A stretch of 61,391 nt of DNA, filler included. It is 10 parts of 10 records of this genome, joined end to end, with 100 filler letters (N's around TTAATTAATTAA, not from the genome) between each part and the next. Parts side by side here need not be neighbours in the genome. Positions count along the whole stretch, not along the records: positions 34,444 to 37,869 come from SRR7504441_8031; positions 37,970 to 42,449 come from SRR7504441_8033; positions 42,550 to 46,364 come from SRR7504441_8040; positions 46,465 to 49,653 come from SRR7504441_8044; 6 more parts are not named here. One strand, written 5' to 3'. A program made the translations under genes and the position numbers. Position 1 is the stretch's first letter, and every line of letters starts with the position of its first letter. The notes under the pieces are model-generated. The model was not told the origin of the DNA, made no database searches, and saw nothing but the letters and a program-made list of their open reading frames with translations. Shown here piece by piece: positions 35,154-46,735 of this stretch.

Positions 35154-37632
35154 TCAGGCCGGCCAGGCCGCCGACTCCCATCCCTTCGAGTGACCATGCT
35201 GGGATGCTTGTCTCAAACGAGATGACCGCTGCCTCGTCCCAGAACGCGTGCCGCCACTGCGCAACCAGCCGGGCCGCCTGCCGCCCATCTCACGCCTGCA
35301 CCGCCCAGCCCACACCTCGAACAGCACCATCATCCGTCCAGTCAGCCGCCACAGCACCAGGTATATCCCCGCACGTGCCACCCGCAGCTGCCTCTTGCTC
35401 TGCACAGCGTCGTGCGTCGCCTGCTTGCACTTCCGAAACAGCAAGGTCGACCGATTTATCTCCGCGTCCACCTGCCTGCCTTGACAACCACCAGGCGGGT
35501 CGGTGCACCGTCTGGACACGAGTCTCGTGCTCACGCTGGAGCCCCTGGAGCAGCGCGACTCGGGCCCATCCGGCCACCAACCGGAGTAGCACGCGCTTGG
35601 GCACAGTCAGCATAGCCTCAATGGTCTCACACGCTTCACGGTAGTGCAGCGCTTTGTCCAAGGTGAGACCTGCCCAGCCGAGCTAAGCAGCCCGCCCACC
35701 CGCACAGCGCGCCTTGTTGGGTGTCGATCAGCGCGAGCGCCGATAGTTCGGCCTGCAGGCTGTCGATCTTCTCTTGGAGTGGCGCCACAGCTTTCTCCAC
35801 TTCGAGTGCACTCCTCGTCCTCTCTCGAACCCTCACCAGCGCCCTGCCGATGCTCTGAGCGCCCATGGCTGGCTAGGCGCACTTGGCAAACATGATCTCG
35901 CGCTGGCGACGGGTCCAGGCATTCACCACCCGGACCGCCGTCTCGGATCGCATGGCTCGAAATAGCATGTCCTGTGCTCGGTCAGGCCTGGCCTGCGGGG
36001 CGCGAGACGCCTGGTTGTCGTCCTGAAGATTGCACTCCCAATCTCGGAGCGACCAGTAGACCGCCTTATTCTTGAGCACTCCAATCACCCGCTTAAGCAT
36101 TAACATCTTGGACCTCTCGACCCCTTCAACTGCCCGTACACACTCAGGCCGGCCAAGACCACAGCCACGCACAGCCACGTGTCTCGGCCAGCGAGGCTTT
36201 GGCAGCGTTCAGCTCGCCGGTGGTCCGAGACCTCCAGCGCCCGACGCACCGGCACATGACCACTGCATTGATCTTGCCCCAGCGCTTCCAGAGCAGCACA
36301 CACGCGGCTTCGTGAGCCATCTCGCGAGCCAGCCCTTCGGCCGCTTGCACGCGCGCCGCCACCCGCCAGCCGACAATTGCCCGGCCGGGTGCGCCCAGCC
36401 GCCACCGCTCAGTGGCTCGTTGGAACTTGCCGGCCACTTGCAGCTTGATCTGCCCCAGCGAGTAACCCGCCGCGCTAGCCAGCGGCTCTACCCGCAGGAG
36501 ACCCAATTGAGAATTGACACGCCACCGCCGTATTGCCCGGCTGTATTCGCCAATCAGGTCACCGAGCGCGTTCCCGATGGCTTGGGCCATCTGCTTGGCA
36601 GCCACCATGGAGGCTCTCGCCAGCAGCGACGCGGCGGTATGCGCGGACGCTGCTTCGGCGGCCGCGCTGGCTTGGCTGCAACTGAGTGGTGAGAGCGTTG
36701 CTGCGGGTTAAGACTCGCCTATCCGAGGTGGACACAGCGATCCGGTCGAGGCACCAGCGCCACTTAAAGCTGTGCCAGACACCCGACACCCGCGCCCGGG
36801 CCAAGCTCCGCCCGATGGCTCGCATCCCAATCTGCTGCTCGCTCACAGCATCCGGCCAAGCACGCCGCACCATTCGCGCTGTCATCAGGGCGCGCGCGCA
36901 CTCCTGCAGAGCCTGCTGGTGCTCGGCACGCCGGCCGCCTTCCCGGCCCTCGTTCCGAGCGATCTCGGCTGCCAGTTGCTGCCGAGTCTGCTGCAGCGCC
37001 TCAGTAGCTTTCTGCGCGGCCGCCTCGCATGCCGCTGCCCAGCCGCTCAGCTGGGACCCTCCTCTGGGCCCGATCACCGGCCCGCTGCCGCATCTCGCCG
37101 CCGTCCCGCGAGGCCGCCTCCATTGCCGCCGCCCCAGCCACCAGCCGGGCCTGTGCCTCTTCCGCCTACTCCGGCTCAGACCCGGGCCCGAACCGGCCGG
37201 CTACCTGCGCCTTGTATTGCCGGGCGTCCTCGGTTAATCGCGCCAACTGGTCCGCCTGCAGCCGCGCCTGCGCCTCTACGCTGGCCAGATCCGCCCTTAG
37301 CTGCGTGGTCTGCCCCCCCCCCCCGGTTCTCGGGGCCGGCTCCCGGCAGCGCGGACCTCGCTGGCCTGTTGGCTCAGTTCCTTGAGCTGGTCCATCAGGT
37401 GCTGCTCGTGCACCCCGGCCGCACCCCCGGCTGCCTCCCAGACCGCCTGCCGGCGCTGGGGCATCGACTGGTCCAGCTCCCGCAGCACCGGGGCCAGCGC
37501 GCCGCCCGGGGGGGAGCCGAGCGATGGATCCGGGAGCTGGTCGATGTGCTGGCGGGAGGCCCGCTGGAGCGACTCGAGCCGGGCCTTGTACCCATTCAGC
37601 TTGGCCAGCTGGGACTGAGAATGCTGCGCCAT
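35154..37632 (-). CDS. Multi-exon coiled-coil protein with Trp-containing helical repeats (Sfi1-like)
   Basis: MAQHSQSQLAKLNGYKARLE..., repeated RAIRRWR / VYWSLRDW / VVNAWTRR / LVAGWAR segments separated by about 40-nt introns. Confidence 0.4.
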
Positions 37633-37969
37633 CAGCGCCTCATCCTGTGAGCTCTGCAGCCATTTTGATGGTCGAAAATGATCATGAAAAAAGTTCAACC
37701 CGTCGACGTCGCGATCGGTGCCAGGATCATGATCAGTGGATCCATGACCCAGGATCCGCGGCCTACGTACTTGGTACTCGTTCATGTAGCTACCTAGGAT
37801 TATACGTATACGTCTCACGGCGTCTAGATCTGAAGATCGTGGCTCCCTTTTAAAAGACCGCTTGACGCTNNNNNNNNNNNNNNNNNNNNNNNNNNNNNNN
37901 NNNNNNNNNNNNNTTAATTAATTAANNNNNNNNNNNNNNNNNNNNNNNNNNNNNNNNNNNNNNNNNNNN

Positions 37970-39001
37970 GGATTGTTTGAAGATGTGCGTCGGGTCGAAA
38001 AACTTGGGGTCGACCTTCCGTGGCGCCTTGTACCCCTGCCCGCCGGATCGCGCCAGCCCCGGCCGAGCCCGACCTGGCAGACGACGAAGATTTCGGCGGA
38101 TACACCGCGCGAGGCAGACGGCTTGTGCGCTGTCACCTGCACGGGATGCTCGGCACACAGGCAGGCGAGCGGGTGCCTTGGCGAAGAACTGGCTCATCAC
38201 CCAGATCACCGAGTTGTAGTCCTGCGACCGGAACACCTTGGTCACGTACGTCCCGCCCGCCCGAAGGATCTGCCCCAGCGTCGGCCCGCCCACCGGTGCA
38301 GCTGCCCACCTCGCACGCCAGCCTGAGCGCAGAAAGCACCAGCTCGTTCTGGGTGTACGCGTCGCGCACCCAGCTGGCCCCGACGTTGGGCGCGCCGTCG
38401 TTCAGCACCACATCCACCTGCGGCCCAGCTCGCACCGCGCCCCGCCGCCGCCGGAGCACCATGTGGTTGAACTTCTCCTTGAGTGCATTCTTGACGATCG
38501 ACTTACACTTGTCGTACTGGGTGATGTCCTGCCGCCAGCTCGCCCCGGCCACCCGCGCTGGCTGCCTGAGCGAACGTCTGCACGTTGGGTATCGGACGGA
38601 TCGCAACCTGCAGCGCGGTCGGGCCGGGGCCGGACATGCGGGGCACCAAGTCGAGCCCGATGATAACAGAGCCCACCGGGGTGTGCTTGGCGGCCACCTG
38701 GCACCAGGAGCCCGGAGCCGCGCACAAGTCGACCACGCAATGCGCCCCGCTGAGGAAGTCGAACTTTTGGTTCAGCTGCCGGCCACATCGCCCCGAGCCA
38801 GGCCAGCCCACTCGCCTGAACCAGCTTGAACGCGGCGCGCGAGCGGAAGCCCTGCGGTGCGGGTGGGCGGCCGGGCGGCCGGGCGGCGGCACCTGCTCCT
38901 TGGCCAAGTGGTAGAACTTGTCGAGGCGGCCTTTGGCCGTCTGCCCCCGCGGGCTCAGCCAGCGGGTGGGCAGCCCGGCCCACCTTCTTGTCTCGCGGCA
39001 T
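37970..39001 (-). CDS. SPB1: rRNA 2'-O-methyltransferase Spb1/FTSJ3, 5' part
   Basis: Nine introns removed give [65 protein letters not shown]-like [40 protein letters not shown]. Confidence 0.93.
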
Positions 39002-39200
39002 GCTGGGCAGTCAGCGGCGCTGCAGCCCCCAGCCAGCTCGCCCCTCCCCGGGCCGGCCCACCCACCGCAGCGGGGCGGTGCAAGCAGGCGCAGGTGCTGT
39101 GGGCGTCTGCGTTCGCGGTGCAGCTTGTTCGCGCGGGAATGCAAAAATCTGGAGCTGAGAGAGAGAGCAGTTGCGGGTGCGGCAGGAAGGCGGCGGCGGG

Positions 39201-40421
39201 ATGGACTTTCACCCGGACCGTGCGGCGGCCGAGGCGCGGGAAGTGCCGAGCTCGGAGGCGGGGGAGGTGGCGCTGACCGGGCAAGAGTACGAGTTCCTCG
39301 AGAAGATCTGGCTCCGGGCCAACGTGCGGGCGGACGACGAGGTGGATCCGGAGGAGCTCGAGGTGCTCTCGGACAACTGGGGCGACCCGCACGGGATCCT
39401 GAGCCACCTGATCTCGGAGTGGGCGGCCTGGAAGACCCGACACGGGGTGACGCTCAAGCAGTGGCAAAAGTTCTTTAAGCAGCAGTGCGCGCTGGACGGG
39501 CAAGCGGTGAAGGCTTGGGTGGCCGTGTACGCCCAGGCGCTCCGGCTGGACAAGAAGGGCCGGGGCCGGATAAAGCAGTCGCAGTACATCTCTAAGCAGG
39601 AGTTCGCCAGCTGGTACGACCGACAGGCCCGCACCCAGCGCCGGCACGACCAATGGAAGGCCGGCGAGAAGATGGACCTTCTCACCGAGGAGCTCGAACG
39701 GCTGCAGCCCACCCCGACCATATCGGCCCGGTCGCGCTGGATGGCCAAGGACACCCCGCCGCTCAGCAAGCGGCTGTACGATGTAATCAAGGACCACGAC
39801 TTGCTCATGCGGCAGGTAACTGAGACTGTCCTCGAGGAGGAGGCGAACCGCGCCGTGCAGCCAAAGCAGCTCACACCGGCCCAGGCCGACCAGATCTTCA
39901 CCACCATGGCCAGGCGGGGCGCCGCCGCCCGCGAGCGCAAGCGGCAGGCCGAGAAACAGTGGCAGCGCGACCAGCTCGCCGAGTGCACCGCCAGCCCGGC
40001 CATCTCTGCGCGCTCACGCCAGCTGGCCACCGAGCGCCAGCGGGCCAGCGGGGCGCCCACCGACCCATACGCCCGGCTCAGCCGGTGCAGCACGGCCTCG
40101 AGTCGGTCCAAGACCTCCGGGAGGCACGCACGTTCCCGGCCGCAGTCGGAGCGGCCACAGTCAGCGAGGATGCCGGGAGACGCACCGCCCCCGGTTGCGA
40201 TGGTGGAGCAGCCGAAGCGGCGGGTGAACGTGGCGGCTTGCCAGGCCACCGAGCGGATGTACCAGGAGGCGACTCGGGGGAGGCAGAGTCGGCACGAGAT
40301 GATGGTGGCAGCGCTCCAATCGGGAGAAAGGAGGTGCTCGCAGCACGTGGTGGACGGGCTGTCCGAGCCGGACAAGGGGGTGGTCTACGTGTACAACAGG
40401 CGGCGCACCCCGCTAGTCTAG
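39201..40421 (+). CDS. Hypothetical protein with EF-hand-like N-terminus and P.IS.RS / ECT..P.I repeats
   Basis: Intronless ORF of about 406 aa; [10 protein letters not shown] and [15 protein letters not shown] repeats, RLY/RMY motifs of the kind seen in protist cytoskeletal proteins. Confidence 0.55.
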   Translation: MDFHPDRAAAEAREVPSSEAGEVALTGQEYEFLEKIWLRANVRADDEVDPEELEVLSDNWGDPHGILSHLISEWAAWKTRHGVTLKQWQKFFKQQCALDGQAVKAWVAVYAQALRLDKKGRGRIKQSQYISKQEFASWYDRQARTQRRHDQWKAGEKMDLLTEELERLQPTPTISARSRWMAKDTPPLSKRLYDVIKDHDLLMRQVTETVLEEEANRAVQPKQLTPAQADQIFTTMARRGAAARERKRQAEKQWQRDQLAECTASPAISARSRQLATERQRASGAPTDPYARLSRCSTASSRSKTSGRHARSRPQSERPQSARMPGDAPPPVAMVEQPKRRVNVAACQATERMYQEATRGRQSRHEMMVAALQSGERRCSQHVVDGLSEPDKGVVYVYNRRRTPLV

Positions 40422-40722
40422 AGCTGGCAGATGTGCTCGGGGCCAGAGCAGCGCTGTGATGTGAGCTCAAGACTTAGTGTGCTGTCGACTCTTGAGTTGC
40501 TCACACGAATCAGCGGCGTGCGCTCAATTATTGTACATTTATCTATGATTAAACCTAAAATCTGCGTTGCCCGGGCACAACATGCCATAACATGTCAACC
40601 TCGCAACTAGCAAGTACTTACCAAATGTTGCCTTATTTGCCTAGGCTTTCACGGCTTTCACAACATGCTGAAACAGACCTTTCTATGCGAGTAGAGCTCT
40701 AGGCTGCTATGCTGGGCGCCGA

Positions 40723-42087
40723 TCAGCTTGACGGCTCAGGCTTGACGGCTCTAGGCTTGGCTGGCAGCTCCGGGACCCCCGCCCCGCTCCGAGGCTCAGC
40801 CTCCAGCATCTGCACCCCACAACTCACGCCGCGCCCGGACTGGCAGCCACCGCCCCGTACAGCACGCGGTTGCCGTCGAGCGAGCCCTCGGCCAGCGCGC
40901 AGATAAACCATTTGAAGCCGCCGTCCCTGCACTTGATTCTCTCCTGCACCACTGAGCTAGCGACTCGGCCGGGCCGGGGTGCACGTGGTGCTGGATGTGC
41001 GGCTGGGCGTGGGACATCAGCCCGGCCATGTCCTCGTACACCCGGCCGGCGAACTCGGGGTGGATGAAGCTCATCGCAAACCTGCCCGGCTCAGCCCAGC
41101 TGTGGTCGGCACGGCGCACCTGTGGTCACCGGGCCGCACATGCTGGTCTGGGTCATAGCCCAAGGTCCGCCACAGCCACGGGCACGCGGTCTTCACCTGC
41201 CGCCCGGCTCGCCCCGCCAGTCGCCCGCCGCTCGCCTCCAGCTGCAACGACAGCACAAAGAGTCCCTGCCAGCCGCGGCTCGCCCGTCGCCAGCAGCGGA
41301 GCGCACCGCAGGCTCCTGCCAGAGCGCCGAGCCCTCCAGCGGCTCCTGTCGGGTGGCCGCGGCCTGCAGCTGCTGCCGGAGCCGGTCGAGCAGCTGCCCG
41401 ACGTCCTTGCGCAGCCGGAGGACAGATGCGACGTGCGAGAGCACAGCACACTTGTCCTTGTTGGTAGACTTATACTCGATCTGGAGCAACCCCGCCAGCT
41501 CCTGCCGGGCCCAGTCACCGGCCGCCCGGGTCGGCCGGCTGCCGCGATGCAGTTGTTCAGCCTGTCCCTCCGCTTGGCCTCGCATAGCGTGTTCGACTCC
41601 CGGCTGTCCCTAGTCAGTCGACAGCCCCCCGGGAGGCCACACCGGGTGAGTTTGCGCTTGAGCTTCTCGCCGGCCAGGTCGGTCCTGCCAGGCCTCAGCC
41701 CGACCGGCCAGGCCCGCACCGGCTGCGCTTGCCCGACGGTTTGGGCGCCGGTTCTGAATCCTGCTGCTCGGCCTGGGCCGGGCTCGGCCGGGCGCCGGGT
41801 GCGTGGAGCACCGGGGCGCTGAGCGGGCAGCTGGGCTCCGGGGGCAGCTGGTCGATCTCGAACTGGGGCCGTTCAGCCGCGGGCCGAGCCCGGGGCGGCA
41901 CCAGCTCCTCCGGGTCTAGCGACGAGAGCAGCTGCTTGAGGTCCTCCGGCCAGCCTGGCCCGGCCAGTCGGCCCCAACCGGGCGCGGCCCAGTGGCACTC
42001 TCGGGCTCGTGGCTCAGTGTCTGCCCCCCCCGCTAGTGAGACCCCGCCTGCGCCAGGTCGGACCCCTTCCAAGTCCTGGAGCTCCAT
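40723..42087 (-). CDS. bHLH-PAS transcription factor
   Basis: Spliced bHLH RESNTLCEAKRRDRLNNCIA|ELAGLL..NKDKCAVLSHVASVL and PAS GLFVLSLQLE|VKTACPWLWRTLGYDPD..|FAMSFIHPEF..|ERIKCRDGGFKWF. Confidence 0.72.
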
Positions 42088-42140
42088 CTCAGAAAGTCCG
42101 TTGCCAGCTGCAGCAGTCCGCTCCGAGAGGCACTTGGACG

Positions 42141-42449
42141 ATGCAAGACGTCGAGCAGGGCAAGCCGTCGTACGGCTCGGTGCCGCCCGCCACGCCCAAG
42201 CCGCTCCGAGGGGTGCGGGACCTTCCCGGCTGCCACGACGCGTTCTGCGCCCTCCTGTTTGTTGCCAACCTGCTGGTGCTCGCCGGGCTCGGATTTCTCC
42301 TGCCGCACCCCCAGATCGTGCCGGCGGACACCCTGCTCGGCTGCCTGGCGCTCGGGCTGCCGGTCGCGCTGGCCGGGGCCTGGCTGCTCGCCTGGGCCGT
42401 CTCTCTCAACCCGCATATGCTCATCCAGGCCGGGCTGGTGCTCCCGGTG
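42141..42449 (+). CDS. Choline-transporter-like (CTL/SLC44/PNS1) membrane protein, 5' part
   Basis: CHDAFCALLFVANL motif followed by further hydrophobic helices; truncated at the contig edge. Confidence 0.55.
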
Positions 42450-42550
42450 NNNNNNNNNNNNNNNNNNNNNNNNNNNNNNNNNNNNNNNNNNNNTTAATTA
42501 ATTAANNNNNNNNNNNNNNNNNNNNNNNNNNNNNNNNNNNNNNNNNNNNC

Positions 42551-42976
42551 TGGTGCGAGAATCACGACTGCGGCTTCCACAAGCTCTGGAAAGCCGAGTG
42601 CCTGTGCTTTGCGTGCGACTGCGGCGACGGTCTCTGCGGGCTTCATAGTCCGAAATGCTCCAAGACGTTCTCATTTCCTGACTTCTGCCGCTGTGGGCTC
42701 TGCTGCAATCATTGCTGTAAGAGCCAGGCGGCCGGGAAGATGCTGAGCAGGCGGGGTGCAGGGCATGACAACTGGTGCTGCTCCTATTGGAACAACATCC
42801 TCGGAGATAACTGCTGCGACGCCTCCTACCTTTGCTGCGATTCCAACTGTGGTCTGACCTCCACTGGCTTCATTGAACTGTTCTGCCTTCAATGTGTGCT
42901 GTGTCATTGCAAACAGACGCCCCCGCATGGATGGCGCTTCCACACCATCCACAGTGGGATTAGTCACCATGTCTAG
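42551..42976 (+). CDS. Cysteine-rich protein, 3' part (5' truncated)
   Basis: Open frame WCENHDCG..ECLCFACDCGDGLCG..FCRCGLCCNHC|WHDNWCC..NCCDASYLCCDSNCG..FCLQCVLCHCK..*, with in-frame intron 42717-42761 (GTAAG..CTGAG..CAG). Confidence 0.6.
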   Translation, partial: WCENHDCGFHKLWKAECLCFACDCGDGLCGLHSPKCSKTFSFPDFCRCGLCCNHCCKSQAAGKMLSRRGAGHDNWCCSYWNNILGDNCCDASYLCCDSNCGLTSTGFIELFCLQCVLCHCKQTPPHGWRFHTIHSGISHHV

Positions 42977-43502
42977 GCCTACTTTACTAGTATATTCAGT
43001 AGGCTCGAGCTCTCAGTCACATGCACTGATGCCACTCACACCGAGTAGTAATCGCGTCCATGTGCCCATCTTAATAAAAGCGAGCTCTGGCATGATACTT
43101 TTCAAACGCATACATTCTGCGCGTATTTTTATTGATCATGTACGAGTAGCAATAGTCTGGCATGCTATACGAGTACTTTAATTATGCAAGATTACAATGA
43201 TACCTATTACTTACTGTGCCAAGCCACTCACTTGGTTCGCTTGGTTGTAGCTTGATTGGCCCGGGCATAATTATACGTATGCATCTTGCGGCGTGCTATT
43301 GAATTACCATTGAATACGACTGAAATGCTTTAATAGGACACGTTCAATACGTATACAGGCGTGGAGCACAATTAATTATTGTGTCATTCTTGGGTCCGAT
43401 GGTTTGTTGCAACAAGCCCATGCAGTCTTTGCTCCAAACGTTGTTGAATGCACAGTGCTCGCCACGGCAAAGTGCACATTACCAGCTCTTGGTATCGGCT
43501 GA

Positions 43503-46364
43503 TTAATCTTGCCCGGATTGGATGGGCTGCAGTGCATGATCAGGCTTCTGGAGGGCTGCAGGCTTCAACACTGAAACAAACTGCCGCGGCTGCTTGTCCG
43601 CATTCACTTCGAGATCCTTCTTCATGAGCTGCTCTTGCTTTCCTTTGGTCTCCTCGTGCTTCTGCCTCTGTTCATGCGCCGTCGGGTAGATCTGGGCATT
43701 GAACCGGGCAGTCGCACAGGTAGCGCTATTGTTCAGGATGGTGACCTTATTGTTCTGCCTCTGCCACATAGCCCGCATCGCCTCCTCCACCTGCCACCAT
43801 CGCGCTCAGGTCTATCTAAATGCTTCTCACAAACCTGAGGCCGAAGGGTTTCGTCGTCGAGTTTGAGCCAAGTTACCACTGTTGCTGGATGCACAGTCCC
43901 AGGCGGGAAGCCCTCCAAAGGCGCCGGATTCAGCATCGCCGCGGTGATAGCCATCACAGCACCTCGCGAGCCCTGCTGCTTCTTTACCTTGTGGGCAAGC
44001 ATCGACCGCAGTCGGTCCTTGATCGCCTCAACCTCGACAGGCGGCACCTCGTGCCCGACCTCCTGCAGCTTAACAAGCTGCTGCACTCGCATCTCAATCT
44101 CAACCAGCAGCGAGTCGAAAGGCCCGCCCAGTTCTGGAACGTCGGGGTCTAGCTGTTCAGGCTGGGCCGCGGGCTCGGGCTGCGCATGCCAGCTGCTCAT
44201 CTCCCACGGGGTGACCGACGGAGGCCGTGGCACCCACTGGGCCGGAAGTCGCTCACCAGAGTCTCTCTGGATTCCGAAGAGCCCGTATTCTTGCCCAGCA
44301 CAGATCATGGACTGCGCCAAGGGATCACCCATCGAATAGTTGAAGTTGGCGCTGGGCAGAGCGTGCGTGAAGCGGCCAGAAAGGGCAGGACGGCCAGAGA
44401 GACCTCGGTGATAAACTCCCGGCGAGTTCTGCAACATCCTCTGAAGCTTGATCTTGGGCCATTTGCTGCTTGCATCTTGGGCCTGTTTGATTACAGAGAT
44501 GAGATCTGCCAGGTGCATGTTTGTGTTCCTAACCGTAACGCCCATGGCATTCAGAGTAGCATACTCAACCAACGCACGCACGCTGGCAAACTCCAACGAG
44601 AGGAGCTGGCTGCACACAATGGGAGTGAACGGCTGGTTCAGATGCAGCTGGAGCGCTGTTAACACACAAAAGACTGTCAACAAACAGAAGAAACAGACTC
44701 TACTGTACAAGCCTACCCTGGCAGAGCGTGTACAGTAGAGACTGCTTCTGCTGACGGTTCAAAGAGTTCAAAGATAGTCTGTCAGGCGTGCGGTGATACC
44801 CAGCCTTCGAGCCGGCCATCGCCAGTGCGTTAAGCGCAGTGTGCCAGAGCCTAAACAGAGCACAGGCAGGTCAACCATAGTGATCTGAGGCTGCTGACCG
44901 TTCGCGCAGCCGCGCTATCTGCAGAATCTTGTTCAGCTCCGCAGAGCTGCTGGCCTTGAGCGCGACTGACCGAGCCTTTTGCGCAAAGTAGTGAACGAAT
45001 CCGGACTGGCACACAACCTTGCTCTGCTTGTTGTTGTTGAGCGCGCGCATCGCGTCGAACACCACCTTCGAGTCTGACATGGTCCAAACGGTGGGTGCGA
45101 ATGGATAGCCCAGCAAGGAGTAGAGCGTGTGCACGTTGACCAGGTCGATTCCGTCCGCTGAGGTTGCGTAACTGACCGCGTCAAACACCATCTTGAAATG
45201 ATCCAGGTCTGGGATGCCAACTATCTTCTTCTTCTTCTTGCTGTTCTTAAACTTGGAGCTCCTCCTAATCGACTGGGTGTTGGTCACGTCACTCAGACCG
45301 CGCGAGCCGCAGCCACCGTTCCCGAGAGCCAACTGTTGCCGCTTTCGACGGTAAGCCTGGCCGCCACGGTCAGGGCTACTCGCCATGCGGCCATGCCTGG
45401 AAGCTAGACGCATTGTCGATGATCCTGGCCACGATGTAGGCGGACGGGTTCTCGACGATCGCTCGCTTGGGTTTGCCGGAGCGTTTGTCCACGGCCCAAT
45501 ACTCATCCAAGGACTGCCGAACCACCCACTTGTCCTTGACTGCATGATTAGCCAAGAATTCACAGCAACGCTACAGCCCTCGATCAGTCACCGCCGGGTG
45601 GCCAGGCACCATGTCGAAGTCGAGCAGCTCCTGCGGCAGGCACACTCCCTCCAGGGCGGTCTCCACGATGCTGCTCGGCCAGAGTTTGTTGACCTCAGTG
45701 CTCTCGACGCCGAATATCAGCTTGTCCGGCAAGATTGCGATCGAAATCTCGGACCGGGAGGTGTCGATCAGCGGAACTCCGCGCGGGACCGCCGGTCGCA
45801 GCGCCTGTCCTCCCGGGCTCGGCCCTCGGCTGGCCGCGGCAGCCACACCAGAGTGGAGACAGACGACTCGCAGCTGGACTCGTCGTCGGAGGAATCAAGC
45901 AGCTCACAGAGGTCAAGCCGGCTCGAGTCGCTCTCGGTCGACGCAGTCTCGCTGTCCGAATCGGAGCTCCTGGTGGCCTCATCGTCGGCCTCGGCCTCGG
46001 CCTCGACCAGCTCCTCTGCCTCGGCCTCCTCCTTGGGCTCGGCCTCATCCTTGAGCTCGTGCGACTCTTCCCCGCCCGGGGCAAGTTGCTTATTCACCCA
46101 GAAGCGGAGGATGAGCCGCTGCCAGTCCTTGCTCGACTCCCGCCCAGCGTCCGCCCCCCGGCCGAACGCGCAAGAGTCCGCCAGGAGCACCTCGGGCTCG
46201 GTCACATCCTCCTGGCTCGCCGCAGGCTGACTGGGCGAGAGCTCGTCCGGTTGCGGGGTGAAGCCCGGTCCGAGCGCCGGCGGAGAGGCCATCAGCGGCG
46301 CATCGTCGGGCGGGGATCCAGAGGGGGACTCGGCGTCGAGCGAGTAGGTGAATTCAAACGTCGG
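43503..46364 (-). CDS. Large multi-exon hypothetical protein (acidic N-terminal region, internal hydrophobic helix); may be more than one gene
   Basis: Chain of same-strand ORFs (45768-46292, 45571-45846, 44871-45563, 43733-44710, 43503-43790) with no AT-rich intergenic gap between them. Confidence 0.4.
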
Positions 46365-46735
46365 NNNNNNNNNNNNNNNNNNNNNNNNNNNNNNNNNNNN
46401 NNNNNNNNTTAATTAATTAANNNNNNNNNNNNNNNNNNNNNNNNNNNNNNNNNNNNNNNNNNNNCCCCCCATATCAGCCAGCACAGCGCCGACCACAACG
46501 CCGCCCACATCGACTCAGCCACACCCCACACCCGACGCGCCCTACCCGCCCCGTCCCTGTCCACGTCAGCCTCCATGCCGTAACGGCCCTTCTCCGGGAT
46601 TAAGTCTACTTTAGGATTGATCACAGACTCTCGTTTACTATTCATTACTAATTTACATCAAGTCTCAGTCAATCAAGTCCTAATATTTGTCGTGCGTATT
46701 GCACCGATTCCAACTAGAATTGTCCGGAATCGTTG

